From assembly GCF_963921235.1 (NCBI RefSeq), contig NC_086097.1, positions 203,424,001 to 203,488,000 of the forward strand: DNA of 64,000 bases. Reading direction: 5' to 3'. Within the stretch, counting starts at the first letter, position 1. Every line of letters starts with the position of its first letter. This DNA comes from Mobula hypostoma (taxonomy: Eukaryota). Position numbers and translations under genes: made by a program. Of the stretch, positions 39,700 to 52,107 are shown in pieces. Under the pieces are notes generated by a model that saw only the letters and a list, made by a program, of their open reading frames with translations, was not told the DNA's origin and did not search any database.

Positions 39700-39885
39700 A
39701 ATCATTTCCACTGCTGTGCTTGAACCTTGTCTACCAGGCCCTCTGGACCTCAGGACTTGCTCCAAAATGTTGCAAAGTCCTGCCAACACATGCCATGATA
39801 CCCTGAATCTTCTTGGACACTGGTGTTCAGACAAGTCAAAGAAACTCTTTCTGTGCCTGAAGACCTGTCTGCAGGGGCTTGCTAC
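39700..39885 (-). pseudogene. PIF/Harbinger (HARBI1-like) transposase N-terminal relic
   Basis: RQVFRHRKSFFDLSEHQCPRRFRVSWHVLAGLCNILEQVLR..G..STAVE resembles the S(D/E)..C..RFR(L/M)S....L...L...L N-terminal motif. Confidence 0.6.
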
Positions 39886-40639
39886 TGAACTTTGAAAGTT
39901 CTGTGATGAAGTGGGCTTATCCATGGGAACTAAGAAAGGTGAACTGAAAATCACACAACATTGGAACAGATCTATCTTGTTTCAAAGTTCTTTACACAAA
40001 GAACCAGCTCATCTTCTGAGATGAAAGCTTTTGCATTCACTCTGTAAAGCAACATTGCAGCTGTAGTTTACATTGTTACGTTTGGATGTTAACATTTTTA
40101 GTCTCTTCCAAAGCTCTTGTGTTTAACTGGCAAGTTAAGGGAAGATTGGAAAACCTGCGTACTGAGCAAAAACTCAAACTTCTGTTAAAACTACTCCCAT
40201 TGAATGATTACCATATTGGAATTACAATCCAGCCTCTGAGAAGAGGGAGGAACAATTCTTGGCCATGCGGGGGGGGGGGAGGAGAGTTGGGTTCCAATTG
40301 TAACCTGACATGTTTGAGTTAAATACAGATTCTGCCTGCTCCCAAATCTGTTGACATTGGCTAAAATTCTCTCCAGTATCTCCCTGCAAGAAATACAGTT
40401 GCTAAACATTCAGCAAATTGACCCTATATTTTAGACTGAGCAGGACATCAGGGACACACTTATAGTGCAGGGATCACAATATTGATATCCCTTTAATCAT
40501 ACAATATATGTAGTTGAGGTTTGTTATAAAGAGAAATTCGTATTTGCTCAGTGATCTCCTTACTGTTATGAGAAAGGACTCTTGCCCTGATATTTAGAGT
40601 CCAGGCCTGATAGGTTATGGCAATACAGGTGTACAAAAA

Positions 40640-40750
40640 ATATTTTCTAAAATGGCAAATAGGATTAGACAGGTGGGCAAAAAGGCTGGCATGGATGTGT
40701 TGGGCTGAAGGGCCTGTTTCAGTGTTGTACAATTCAATGACCCTATAATG
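40640..40750 (+). mobile_element. CR1 3' UTR tip
   Basis: ggcatggatgtgttgggctgaagggcctgtttcagtgttgta. Confidence 0.7.
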
Positions 40751-41399
40751 ACAGCCCAATACATTCCTCCCACAGGGCATCGGACAGAAAAAATTGTTGC
40801 TAGACAAATTGTCAGAGCTCATTATTTAGCTTAATACTAAAGTTCATAAGGACTGTGACCAGTGCCAACTTAATGGTAACACATGAGGGCACAACAAAGC
40901 AAAGTGGCATTTCATAATCTTTACTAGTAATCCTTTCAAACAGTGCCATAGAAAACTTAAAGAGTTTGTGCCTGATAGATATCAGCTGGGGAAACTGTGT
41001 GAACTAATTGTTTATGTCTAGCTATCCTGATAAGATAGCTATTTTCAAACAGACCCAGACTGTGCGGTTTGTTCTGCAAAGTTATGACCTTTAGTTACCT
41101 TTGGATCTGTGAAGATTTATATAAAAAGTTAGACCCATTCATTCAGCCAAGTCAGCAAAAGGCATTGGGTAGTTAGTAATGATACAGGCTGAGATAATAA
41201 TCACCAATTAGTTAAGTAAGAAAGAAGCATGAGAATTAAACTAGATATAGGCATTGACGTTCCTTGAAGCTGGTAGTGTGACTTTGTGTAATATCATTTT
41301 TCTGCACATATAGAAGTCATAAGTGCGTAAAATTATTCATCTCTGGGCTAACTGATCAGAATCATCTGCTGTGATCCTTTGCTACACTATTCCTTTTGT

Positions 41400-41700
41400 G
41401 GCAAAGTCAGCATTCATCTTGAATTAGTCATGACCAGAAAGGCTTTCTTTTCTATTTTGAAGTCAAACTACATTGCCATGGGTTTGGAGTCACATACACA
41501 CCAGACTAGAAAAGGAGGGGAGGAAATCTATCCTGAAGGACTTAAGACAACAATCCATAGGCTATATGGTCATCATTGCCAAGGCTAGTTTTTCAACAAA
41601 ATAAAACTTCAGCTTATTAGCTAAGCCTAATTTCCACACAAATGCCATGGTGAGATTTGGATTCTAGATGATTAGTCCAAGCCTAAACAGCAGCTACTTA
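41400..41700 (-). mobile_element. Old SINE, possibly DeuSINE/SacSINE1-like
   Basis: gagtcaaactacattgccatgggtttggagtcacat..ccagac resembles a common elasmobranch SINE; recalled, not searched. Confidence 0.4.
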
Positions 41701-41719
41701 TTGGATTCAACAAGTTCCC

Positions 41720-41912
41720 TTGCACACCCCAAGGATGAATGGATTGGTAGATTAAATGGCTACTGTAAATTGTTATTAGTGTATAGATGTGTGTTGGAAT
41801 TTGGGGAGAGGGGTGAACTGATGTGAATTTGGGGGAACTAATATGAAAATGGTAGTTGGTTGCACAAACTCGGGTCCTATTTCGATGCTGTATCTCCCTC
41901 TGACTTTATGAT
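41720..41912 (+). mobile_element. V-domain SINE 3' part
   Basis: cacaccccaaggatg...ttggtagattaaatggctactgtaaattg, with a CR1-like tail cctatttcgatgctgtatctc. Confidence 0.55.
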
Positions 41913-42227
41913 TGTAAATAGGGAAAAATTATGGAAAATTTAAATATTTGGGCAGCAAACCAAATGCCACAGTACTGAGAGGATTTCTGTAATTTAGAGG
42001 TCTGAATATAACTTGAATGTCAGCAGCAACCTGTGAAGGCTAAATGGGAACCCTGAAGGAGCATGTTAGTTTTGGTCACCATGACATTTGCAAGGTTAAA
42101 AACAAGATTAATGAGCTGTTTTAAAGTTAAATGTGTAAAACAAGTTTGTCTCGCATTCTGTTAGCTGCTTAGTGATAGGTAATTCCATATGGGAAGCCAC
42201 AAACAGCCTTAATGAAAATCCCTGGAG

Positions 42228-42392
42228 AAATGCAGATTCTGGCCTTCTGAAACAAAAGGAGAAAATGTTGGAAACACCTATCAGGTCAGAAAGCATCTGT
42301 GGAGAGTGAAACAAAGCTAATGATTTAAGTCAAAGATGATCCGACCTGTTAAATGTTTCCAGCATTTTTTGTTTTTTTTTACAAAATTCTGC
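42228..42392. mobile_element. Old fold-back Penelope-derived fragment
   Basis: aaaatgttggaaacac..caggtcag..gcatc is inverted by gatgatccgacctg..tgtttccagcatttt. Confidence 0.55.
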
Positions 42393-42414
42393 TTATTTTT
42401 AAATATTTTTAAAT

Positions 42415-42660
42415 TCAGAGATACAACATAGTAACTGACCCTTCCACCCCAATGAGCCCACACTGCTAAATTACACCCAAGTGACCAATTAACCTATCAA
42501 ACTATACGCCTTTGGAGTGTGGGGGGAAACTGGAATACCCAGAGGAAATCCATGCGATCACGGGGAGAAGACGCAAACTCTTTTCAGACAGTGCCAAGAA
42601 TTGTACTGGAGTTGCCTGCACTGTAAAAGTGTTATGCTAACAGCTATGCTACCATGCTGC
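42415..42660 (-). mobile_element. V-domain SINE
   Basis: Antisense gaccaattaacc...tttggagtgtggggggaaactggaatacccagaggaaatccatgc..acggggagaagacgcaaactc. Confidence 0.75.
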
Positions 42661-45600
42661 CTAGTTTATTTGCTTTTAAAAATACAATTAGATTCTCTTT
42701 ATTATAAAGACCCCAATTTGAATAAGAAAGCGGCTGATTGTTTAGCTGGTACTGTGGTGATCCAATGATAGTGGAATGAACATAGCTGTACATGTCAAAG
42801 GAGACACAAGCCCAGCATTAGCATTGTGCACCTCTTTTCTCTACAATACCTTTGATAATAACAAAATAAAATGTACTTCTCTAGAGATTTTAGAGCTGTT
42901 CTTTGGTGTCTTTCCAAACTACAGTCACCGGCAGAATTTATTGATCTGGTATGCCAAAAAGAAATCTCTGCTATCAAATAATTCCAGTATTTAAAATAGC
43001 ATTATTGAAAATGCATAGCAGCTTTGTCATCATTGTAAAAGTAGATAGATGTTTTGATATGAACCTACTAAAAAATGCTAATGATAGTACATGCTGTATC
43101 CGAAATGTTAGCTTGTCTTTTCCCCACAGGTTTCTAAAGAACTTATGCAGTTACCTTCAATAATTTCTTGTTCTTGCCTTAGAATTCCTTGTTAATTTCC
43201 ACTTGTAAAGTAAGTTTTAGCTGATCATGGTTAAAAAAAAGTTACTTCTCAGTCAACTCACATATCAATACTAAACTTAAGAATAAATGGTAGAGTGTTA
43301 TATTGTATAATATTAAAATATCACTGTACGTCATTCTGACAGCATTGTTCCAAGAATGTTCATTATTAGATTCCTTTGGCAAGGAAATTCTGGAAAAGAT
43401 CGATTTCATTCTGAAAATGCATGATATTCTCATTACATTTTTCCGTTTTGTGTTTCGAAGTTGGTTCACATGGAATAAAATAAAAATATGTCTATTCCAT
43501 GAGCGAAGATGACCCTATACTTCACTGCATGACTATGTTATAAGGTCATTTTAATTTCTCACAATGCCTTCACTCCATGGCACATCTGGAAAAAAAATCA
43601 AAGTTACCATAATAATAAATGTTCAGAGTTTCCACAGTGTATGAGAACATAGTGATGCTTAAATTTTTAATCTCCTGTGGCATGTCTAAGCAAAAAACAT
43701 TATAATGTTTGAGTGGGTTTATGAGAAGGTGCATTCCTTCTCAATGATGTGATAATTCTTAGTTGATATTCAGTATATTATTATGTGTGAGGCAAAAATA
43801 TTAGTTTGTGTTTTCCTATCCATTTGTGCTATTCTATGTGTTGCCTTGAAGTATACGGATGAATAAATATTCAAAAGGCAGAATGGATAACTTCTGAAAT
43901 CCCAACTGGTGGTAAAAATATGAAGTTTTTAGTATTTGCCAAGAATCCTCTGTGAAATAAATAATTTTAGTTGGTTATCTGCCATGTGGAAGTCCATTGG
44001 TGTGTTAGACAGTGTCTAAAATCAATATGGCCCACACAGCCAGACTCCATTTCCCCATAACCTAGAGAGTTCAGATAGAAGTTGTAATGTATGGATCTAT
44101 TTCTTTTAGAGCAATGACTCCCCCCTTATCGCCACATACCGATTGTTGTTGACTGTGCATGTGTATTGTTCTCTCTCTCTCTGCAATGTGAATACACCAC
44201 TTAAAGCCATCTCCCATGTGAGTGCTTTTATTTAATATATATGTAGTTGTGCACAGACACAACAGAAGTAGCCAGGAGTCATGGCTTAAAAATACCCAGT
44301 TGTGCATGGAGACAAAGCAGCAATATAATTGAGTGCAAGTGTTCTGTTTGAGTTGTGCTGGTTGCCATTGAGAAAAGGTGTCACAGTGTGCTCTCCGAGG
44401 ACTGGACACACATGTGGAGGAACATCAGTCTTTCTCTGTCATGGTGGTTGCTAGCACTGACTCAGCCTAGGAGCTGTGGACAGCAGGCTCATGGCTCGAT
44501 CCAGTAGTGGAGGAATGGCAGGAGATGGAAACAAGAGGCTAGGCATAAGAATACCTACAGAGCCTTGGAGGAGTGACTGGGCAAGACAATTCATTCTCTC
44601 CAAAACAATTACTCCACTAAGGCACTAAACAGTCCTCTTTAAATAATCATAGAATGTGGGAAACACATGCCAGTCACAACTAACTTGACTAGATTAAACC
44701 AAAAGAGCAAGGACTTAATAGCCCCAGTTAAGATAATGATTAGTAAATGCAGGTGCTCAAGAACCCTAGAAGCTCAATGCAGAGGCTGCAGGGGTCATGA
44801 CAGAAGGGTATTATAGTGTGGATTGTAAATGCTGACTGAATGTCCACAGAATAGGCAGATTGTAATGTTCATGATCATACAGGTACGCTGTGATTCTGCC
44901 ACAGCCAGAACACTAGGACATGTGTTTAACACCAGAAAGCTCACTTACTACTATTCAAAAGGAACATTAATTGCTTAAGCCTCTTATTCACCTCAGTGGG
45001 GAATATTTCTTGAAGCACCTACCATTCATTAAGGAAGTCCTTAGTGAAAGAATATTCTTAACTTTGGCAAAGGAGCTGTGAGCTTGCTTTCTTAATGATT
45101 GTAAAATTCAGTTTTAACGAATGTTTACAGTTAAATTCATTCAAAACTGTGACTGGAGGTACTATCACAGCTTCCAGTCCACAGGTACACAGGAAAGGTT
45201 ATAGACTCTTTTTTTCAGGATACTTGAATACATCTAATTTTCCCTTGCAACTTAGCAATAGCTGAATAAATGGGTGACTTTGGCATCAACGTTGTTTCCT
45301 GGTGGCCCAGGAATCAATTGCTACCTAGGAGACAACCAGTCAGTGACTGTCAGGGATTCTACTCCTTGAACGGAGGAGATAGGGTGACTACCAGTTAGAT
45401 GGTAGTATACTGACCTAGTGCCGTTGGTGGGAATCCAGGTGCAGTCATCTTGTGTGAGGACAGTAAATTTGTGCTCCTTTAGAGTAGTTTCCTTGCAATT
45501 TCTTTGACTAGAGATTGACAGATCGATAAGCCTTTCTGAATCACTGTTAGCAGAATCTGAAGCTTTTATTGTAGGACATACTGCATATGAAAGGTGGATT

Positions 45601-46529
45601 CTGTTAATGCTGCAATAGAAACTCAGACATTACTCATTACACTGTGCTCCTTGGCTACCTCCACAAGTAAACTACCAGAGCAGACTGTCATTTAAAGTTG
45701 AAATGGGCAGGAAGGCTGGAAAGGCATAAAGTAATGAGCAATGTGAAGCCAGGATCCTTTATCCTATCAACATAACAATTTTGCACACAGGTGCCAGTTC
45801 CAGGCACACAGACGCTATAGGATGTTTCTGTCCGCCAGACAAACAGTCTTTTGAATGACTTCTTCCTTCTGGTGGCAGGAAGCAGCCTGGTGCCTGTGAG
45901 AATAGTTATTTTGTCCTGTCAATGCATTCCTTGCCTTAGTGATTCTTCTGAGAGGTGTAATCTGCTTTGCATCAATATATATAACTTTGTTAGGTCCCAG
46001 TGCTTGGGTTTAAAGTGAATCATTTTCATAGCATGGAATTTAGCAAAAAGACATAATTAGATGAAATGTAAATGCTATAAAGTGAGTGGAATGGTGTATT
46101 TCCTTATAAATGTGTAAAGTAGAAGGTGTTTTAATAAACCTTAATTTATTTTTGCTGAAACTGCTTTTCCTCAAATTACACCATTACAAGTTTATATTAA
46201 ATAAAAACGTCAAAGTGAAATCACTGGCAACTTGTCATTGGAGGATGAAAAGGCAAATAACGCTTCCTGTTAGAAGTGTTTTTGAACGTTCTCTATGCAC
46301 AAGAGAAAGGAGCAACAATGTAGGCAATGGTAGAAAAGTAACATGGAACAGCCAGCCTGGTCACAGCTTCAGATGCTCGAGTGAGGTGCTCCACTGAGCA
46401 GTTTGATCTGTTTCCATTCAGAATCTCCAATTCTACTTATGTCGCTTCATTTAATTTTCAGAACCAGAAGTATAGCATCACTGCAGAAATGCTTCAGTAA
46501 ATTAAGCAAACTTGTCTGCATCCAAGACA

Positions 46530-46785
46530 ACATTCAAGCACTAACTGATAAATTGGTTTATGATTGTCACATGGACTGAGGAGCAGTGAAAAGCTTTGTT
46601 CTACATACCAGCAATACTGATCATTCATTACAGTGGTGTACACTGGAAAACAGTAACAGAATGTAGGATAACGTGTTACAGGTACAGAGAGATGCAGGTG
46701 CAAGGCCTGTCTTATAACAGAGGGGTAGCTGTCCTGGAGCATGGTGGAATGTGCTCTCTGCCCGATGGGAGAGGGAGAAGGGACA
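46530..46785 (-). mobile_element. Rex1-type LINE 3' end
   Basis: Antisense tail tggtttatgattgtcacatg..cagtgaaaagct; gggtagctgtcctggagc. Confidence 0.6.
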
Positions 46786-46789
46786 ATGT

Positions 46790-48905
46790 TCGGGAGCTGC
46801 TTTACCAAAGCAGCAAATCCACACACAGTCTGCACAGAGTTGGGTGACCATCTCTGTGCAGTGTGCGTTGCTGATAGTATGCTGTCTGTACATGATCTGG
46901 TGACCAGGTGTTCTGCCAGATGGCTTAAATAGTCTGCTCAGGGAACAACCCCACATCCGTATTCAGAGTGTCCTTGTCCTGCAGCATTTGCAGGACAATT
47001 TGTGCTGATCACTGACTGATGGACTTGTGTTACAAGGAGTTTACTTGGCAGTTCATATGACAGGTAGTGTGGCAGCATCCAGCTGACCGCGACATTTCAA
47101 CAGTGATGGTGCCAAGCTTGTCTTCCACAAGTTACACCACTTCCACAGAGACGATTTTTATTTTACCTTCCCAATGTGCTCCAGCTAACTGTCATTACCC
47201 ACCAGCCCTTCCAAATGAGATTCCCAGCACCTTCAGGTAGTCAGACCTGATGCTGGGGTGTGTTGGGGGGGTGTCATTGGATCAGTCAGACTAGTTACTG
47301 CAGACCATGCCTCACTCTTCCCGTGGTTGACTCTGTCCACTGATGCCACCTCAAACTAGTCGCAGACCTGCAACCCAACAATGGATTTGACAGTATACAT
47401 CATCTACTGCATGTGTAGCGACCTTTCGATGTGTGTGCCTCCACTGCCTGGCGACATCAATCCTCTTATGCTCTCACCCTTCCTGGTGGATTTGGCAAAA
47501 AGTTTCTAAGCAGCACACAAGCAAGTAAAGGGGAGAGTGGACAACACTACCACAAACATGAGAAAATCTGCAGATGCTGGAAATCCAAGCCACACACACA
47601 ATGCTGAGGGACCTCAGCAGGCCAGGCAGCATCTATGGAAAAGAGTATAGTTGACGTTCCAGGCTGAGACCCTTCATCAGGACTGGAGGAAAGAAGATGA
47701 GGAATCAGAGTTAGAAAATGGGGGACGGGAGGAAGAAACACAAGGTGATGTGTGAAACCAGGAGTAGGGGAGTGGGGCAGCTGGGAAGTTGATTGGTGAA
47801 AGAGATAGAGGGCTGGAGAAGGGGGAGTCTGATAGCAGAGGACAGAAAGCCATGGAAGAAAGAAAAGGGGGAAGAGCTCTGGAGGGAGGTGATGGGCAGG
47901 TAAGGAGGTAAGGTAAGAGAGAGAAAAGGGAATGAGGAATGGTGAAGGTGGGGGGGGGGGCATGGATGGATTTACTGGAAGATCGAGAAATTGATGTTAT
48001 GCCATCAGATTGGAGGATACCCAGACCAAATATAAGGTGTTATTCCTCCCACATGACTGTGGCCTCATCGTGACAGTAGAGGAGGCCATGGACTGACATG
48101 TCAAAATGGGAATGAGAAGTGGAATTCAAATGGGTGGCCACTGGGAGATCCCACTTTTTCTGGTGGATGGAGCATAGGTGCTCGGCGAAGCAGTCTTCCA
48201 ATCTGCATTGGGTTTCCCCGAAATACAGGAGGCCACACCAGGAGTATGGGATACAATAGACGACCCCAACGGGTTCACAGGTACAGTGTTGTCTCACCTG
48301 GAAGGACTGTTTTGGGCCCTGGATAGTAGTGAGGGAGGAGGTGTAGGGGCAAGTGTAGCACTTGTTCTGCTTTCAAGGACAAGTGCCAGGAGGGAGATCA
48401 GTTGGGAGGGATGAATGGACAAGGGAGTCACGTAGGGAGCAATCCCTGCGAAAAGCAGAAAGTGGGGGGGGGGGGCGGGAAAGGTGAGCTTGGTGGTGGG
48501 ATCCTGTTGGAATTGGCCGAAGTTACAGAGAATTATGTGCTGCACGCAGAGGCTAGTGGGTGGTAGGTGAGGACAAGCGGAACCCTATCAATCCTAACCG
48601 ACCCCAGACTCAATGGGAAAACTATCTGTCTCCCATCCATTAATATGGGCTGCACCATGGATATCTGTGTAGAGTAGTTGGATCACATTTCTGATTCCTT
48701 CTCTCAAACCCTTTTGGAAGACCATGTCCACCATATACGTGTGATATACTGTTGAAGCATTCTCCTGTTCCAAGCAGACCAGGCAGGCATCTACCTCTCT
48801 GTGATGCACATAGGCAATGGGGTCCCCGAGTCAGAGATATTTCTGGGACAGCACAGGTTTGGTCTGGATGGATCACTTGTCCAGTGCATTGATACAAATT
48901 GATGA
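46790..48905 (-). mobile_element. Tx1-clade LINE ORF2 relic, split by a Penelope element
   Basis: VIHPDQTCAVP; DACLVCLEQE..HTYM..LLYTD..INGWETDSFPIESGV, then CPLSPLL after the insert; RVNHGKSEA; SDYLKVLGI. Confidence 0.8.
47550..48590 (-). mobile_element. Penelope-like element 3' part (GIY-YIG and pseudo-LTR)
   Basis: ORF 48040-48297 CTCEPVGVVYCI..CGLLYFGETQCRLEDCFAEHL..LPVATHLN; hammerhead motif at 47648-47685. Confidence 0.9.
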
Positions 48906-48907
48906 GG

Positions 48908-49290
48908 GTCAAAAGGTACAGGCCACATTTCTGTAGCCTCTTGCGGAAGCTGAGTCATTGGTGCATTTAATTGGCCAAGACAGGCTATTGGTGATGTTCA
49001 GTCCTATGAATTTGAAGCTCTCAACACTGACGACCTCAGCTATGTTGTTGTGCACAGGAGAGTGTGCACCATCCCCCTTTCTGAAGTCAAAGACCATCTC
49101 TTTTGTTTTGCTGAAACCGAGGTAATGGTTGTTACTATTTCACTAAACTCTCTATCTCCTTCCTGTACCCTGAATCATCTTCATTTATTGATTCAGCCCC
49201 CTATGGTGGTGTCATCTCCAAACTTGTAGATGGTGTCAGAGTAGAATCTGGCCATGCAGTCATGAGTGTAGAGGGCTGAGGATGAAGCCT
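48908..49290 (-). mobile_element. Rex1-type LINE RT fragment
   Basis: LYTHDC..IYKFGDDTTI; VFDFRK..VESFKFIG. Confidence 0.8.
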
Positions 49291-49339
49291 TGTGGCCACA
49301 AGTAACACTCATTTGACAGAAGCTGCAGACATTGGTTAT

Positions 49340-49975
49340 TTCCAACTGGATAAGGTCTAACTGGATTCCTCTGACATTCACGTATTTCCATTGAATCCCA
49401 TCATCTACCATTGTGAGATACCATTGACCAGAAACTCAACAGCAGGTCAGGGCATGGGTATTCTACATTAAATGACTAACTTCCTGACACCCCAAAATCA
49501 GGAGCTGGGCATTCTACATTAAATGACTAAAATCATTCTACAGCCTTTCAGGCACAAATCGGATAGGTGATGGACTACTCTCAACTTGTGAGGATGAGTA
49601 AAGCCCCAGCAACATCCAAAAGAAAGCAACAGTTTGGTTTATATCCCATCCACCCCTAAATATTCATTTACTCGACCAGCAACGTACTTGTGGCTGCAGT
49701 GTGTATCGTCTACAAAGTGCCCTGCAATCTGTACTACCGTGAAAGTCAGGGAGTTTTGGAGCACAGGAATACAACCATACACGAGATCCTTTCCTAGTTT
49801 TATACTGACTGAAAAAAAGCACCCATATTGCCAGTCCATTATCACTGTGGAGTCTAAATCCTGGAACCCCTTATATAACAACACTATGGGATAACCTTTA
49901 CCTAAAAGACTGCAGCAGTTTAAGAAGGTGCTGGTCAGTGATGCCTGGATCCTAATAATGAATAAATTAAAACAT
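49340..49975 (+). mobile_element. Old CR1/L2-group LINE 3' fragment
   Basis: ccattgaccagaaactcaac..gcaggtcag, aggcacaa..gtgatggactactct, tctaaatcctggaacccc, aatgaataaa tail. Confidence 0.55.
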
Positions 49976-50067
49976 TAATTAGCACATTTTACATTGTACT
50001 TCTCACATCATCTGAAGGCCATATCCAGAATACAACCATACACAATGAATTCCTTCAGTCTTCTAAT

Positions 50068-50305
50068 GGCTGCCATGGTAGTGTCAGAGTTCAGAGTTCA
50101 ATCCCAGCATCCTCTGTAAGAGGTCTTTGTACATCCTTCAAATAGAATCTGTGGATTTTCTCTGGATGCTCTGGTTTCCTCCAGACTCCAAAAATGTATT
50201 AGTAGGTTAATTGATGATAGTAGATTGTCTGTGATTAGTTAGGATTAAATCAAGGTTTCTGGTTGGAAAGGCATTTTCCACACGATATCTCTAAATAAAA
50301 ATAAA
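50068..50305 (+). mobile_element. V-domain SINE
   Basis: gagttcaatcccagcatcctctgtaag..tgtacatcc..gctctggtttcct; tail ctctaaataaaaataaaataa. Confidence 0.7.
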
Positions 50306-50834
50306 ATAATGACATGTCCAGGAAGCCATTTCTTCCATGTAATCCATATGAGCTGTTCAGCTGTTGAAAGAACAGAGGTAATTCCATCATTAGAAAACTC
50401 TTGAATCTATTCTAGAATGTGCTGAGATCATGGGTGGTTTGTGACAACTCCACATACCCAACTTTGTTCCATACCATCTGAACAAAGCGTGATCTCTTTC
50501 TTACCCAATGGTTATGCGTCCATTCCTGAATGACAGCTGCATTTTGAAAATTCTGACTGATGATTCTTCCCTTTTTCTACCCTGCACATACTCTAAAGTG
50601 TTAGTGCTGTGGCTTTTCAAATGACACAACCCAAGCTATGACCTCATCCTTTGATTTGCTCTGTTCTTGCATTAATCTATTTTTTTTGGCATTGGAGAAA
50701 TACTGTTCAAGTAATTGCAATAACTGTAACAGAATTATGCAGAGAATGGAAAAGAAAATCACACACTAACTATTGAAACTAGGTCCTAACAACATTTAAG
50801 AAGCATTTCAATGAATATTTGAATCATAAATGTA

Positions 50835-50968
50835 ATAGATTATGCAGATGCTGGAAATCCAGAGTAACACACATACAAAATGCTGGAGGAACTCAACAGG
50901 TCAGTCAACACATATGGAGATAAACAAACAGTTGACTTTTCAGGCCATGACCCTTCATCAGGACTGAA
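50835..50968 (-). mobile_element. Penelope pseudo-LTR end
   Basis: tgcagatgctggaaatcc...aatgctggaggaactca...cccttcatcaggactg. Confidence 0.8.
50929..50966 (-). ncRNA. Minimal type-I hammerhead ribozyme motif (best-preserved core in the window)
   Basis: CAGUC-CUGAUGA-AGGGUCAUGGCCU-GAAA-A-GUC-AACUG: both core boxes and the GUC triplet present; stem I and stem III carry mismatches. Confidence 0.6.
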
Positions 50969-51374
50969 AGAGTAAGTTGAATTATTTAGTTATAGAGGCC
51001 TATTTACAATGTGCTGGGTGATGGGAGCTAATACAGGAGGATGCCTATTGGATGAGTTAGGCTGAATGGGATACTGTGTTTGATGGAATGATGATCATGT
51101 ACCCACACTTGCTTGTTGGATTCGGGACTCTAAAGTGCAAAAACAATCTGTTCTCTGCCACAAATGCAGCTTCCCTGTGTAAATAAGCAAAAACTTCAAT
51201 TTCCTCTTGAAATAAAAACAATGTGAAAATAGGAATTAAGGCACTTGAATTTTTCTGCAGCCTGACAGATTCTCTAGATGATAGAGCCCAACCCTCACTG
51301 GCATATCACACAGGCCCGATGAACTCATTACACCCTTGTCCACAGAATGAGGAATTGGTTTATGATACGTCTGA

Positions 51375-52057
51375 GGAGAAGATAGCTGCGCGACGGCAGT
51401 GCGCACGGCCTCTCCAGTGATTGATATCTGTAATCTGTCAAGTAGGGGACCGTGCACAATTCTGATTTGATGGAAATGGACGTGAGAGTACGGAGGAACA
51501 GCTGGAAAACTTCTGAAACGCCCGCTTCGCTGCCGCTGCTACTGTGTGGTAACCGGAATCTCCGGAGCAGAAGCCCTGAATCCTCAGCTTTGCTTGATTT
51601 AGCAGCCGAGGCTAGGTCGAAGGCGCTCAGCAGAGGATGGCGCTTGGGAGGCTGTATCGGAGGGGCTGGTCGGAGGCTCGAAGTTTTTGGACGGACGGAC
51701 TCATTGTCAGCTGTGGTCGGCTGCTTCCAAGGCGTCGGCAAGTTGATGGTGCCTGGAGGTTTATGGCAAGGAGTTTCTCCCTTTTGCCGCCGCTATCGGG
51801 GACTCGGGAGTTGATCGACTTGGGGACTTTGAGACTATTTTTATCGTGTCCATGGTTTGTTCTTCATCAAATTATGGTATTGCTTTGCACTGCTGTAACT
51901 ATATGTTATAACTATGTGGTTCTGTCAGTGTTTGTCTTTGGTTTGTCCTGTTTTCTGTGATATCACTCCGGAGAAACATTGTATCATTTCTTAATGCATG
52001 TATGAATTTCTAAATGACAATAAAAGAGGACAGAGTGTTCTCATAATCTAATCTAAT
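51375..52057 (+). mobile_element. Young CpG-rich non-coding retroposon with a Rex1-like tail
   Basis: Starts aagatagctgcgcgacgg; GC/CpG-rich body; ends gacaataaaagagg...(aatct)n; no RT coding. Confidence 0.65.
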
Positions 52058-52107
52058 TTTTATTCAAGAGATTATTTGGGGATCCAATGTGTCTGTGTCA
52101 CCCTTAC

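Noticed and set aside
47280..47480. Harbinger or Myb-like remnant
   Set aside because: Fits Tx1 RT domains better and is colinear with the flanking Tx1 motifs.
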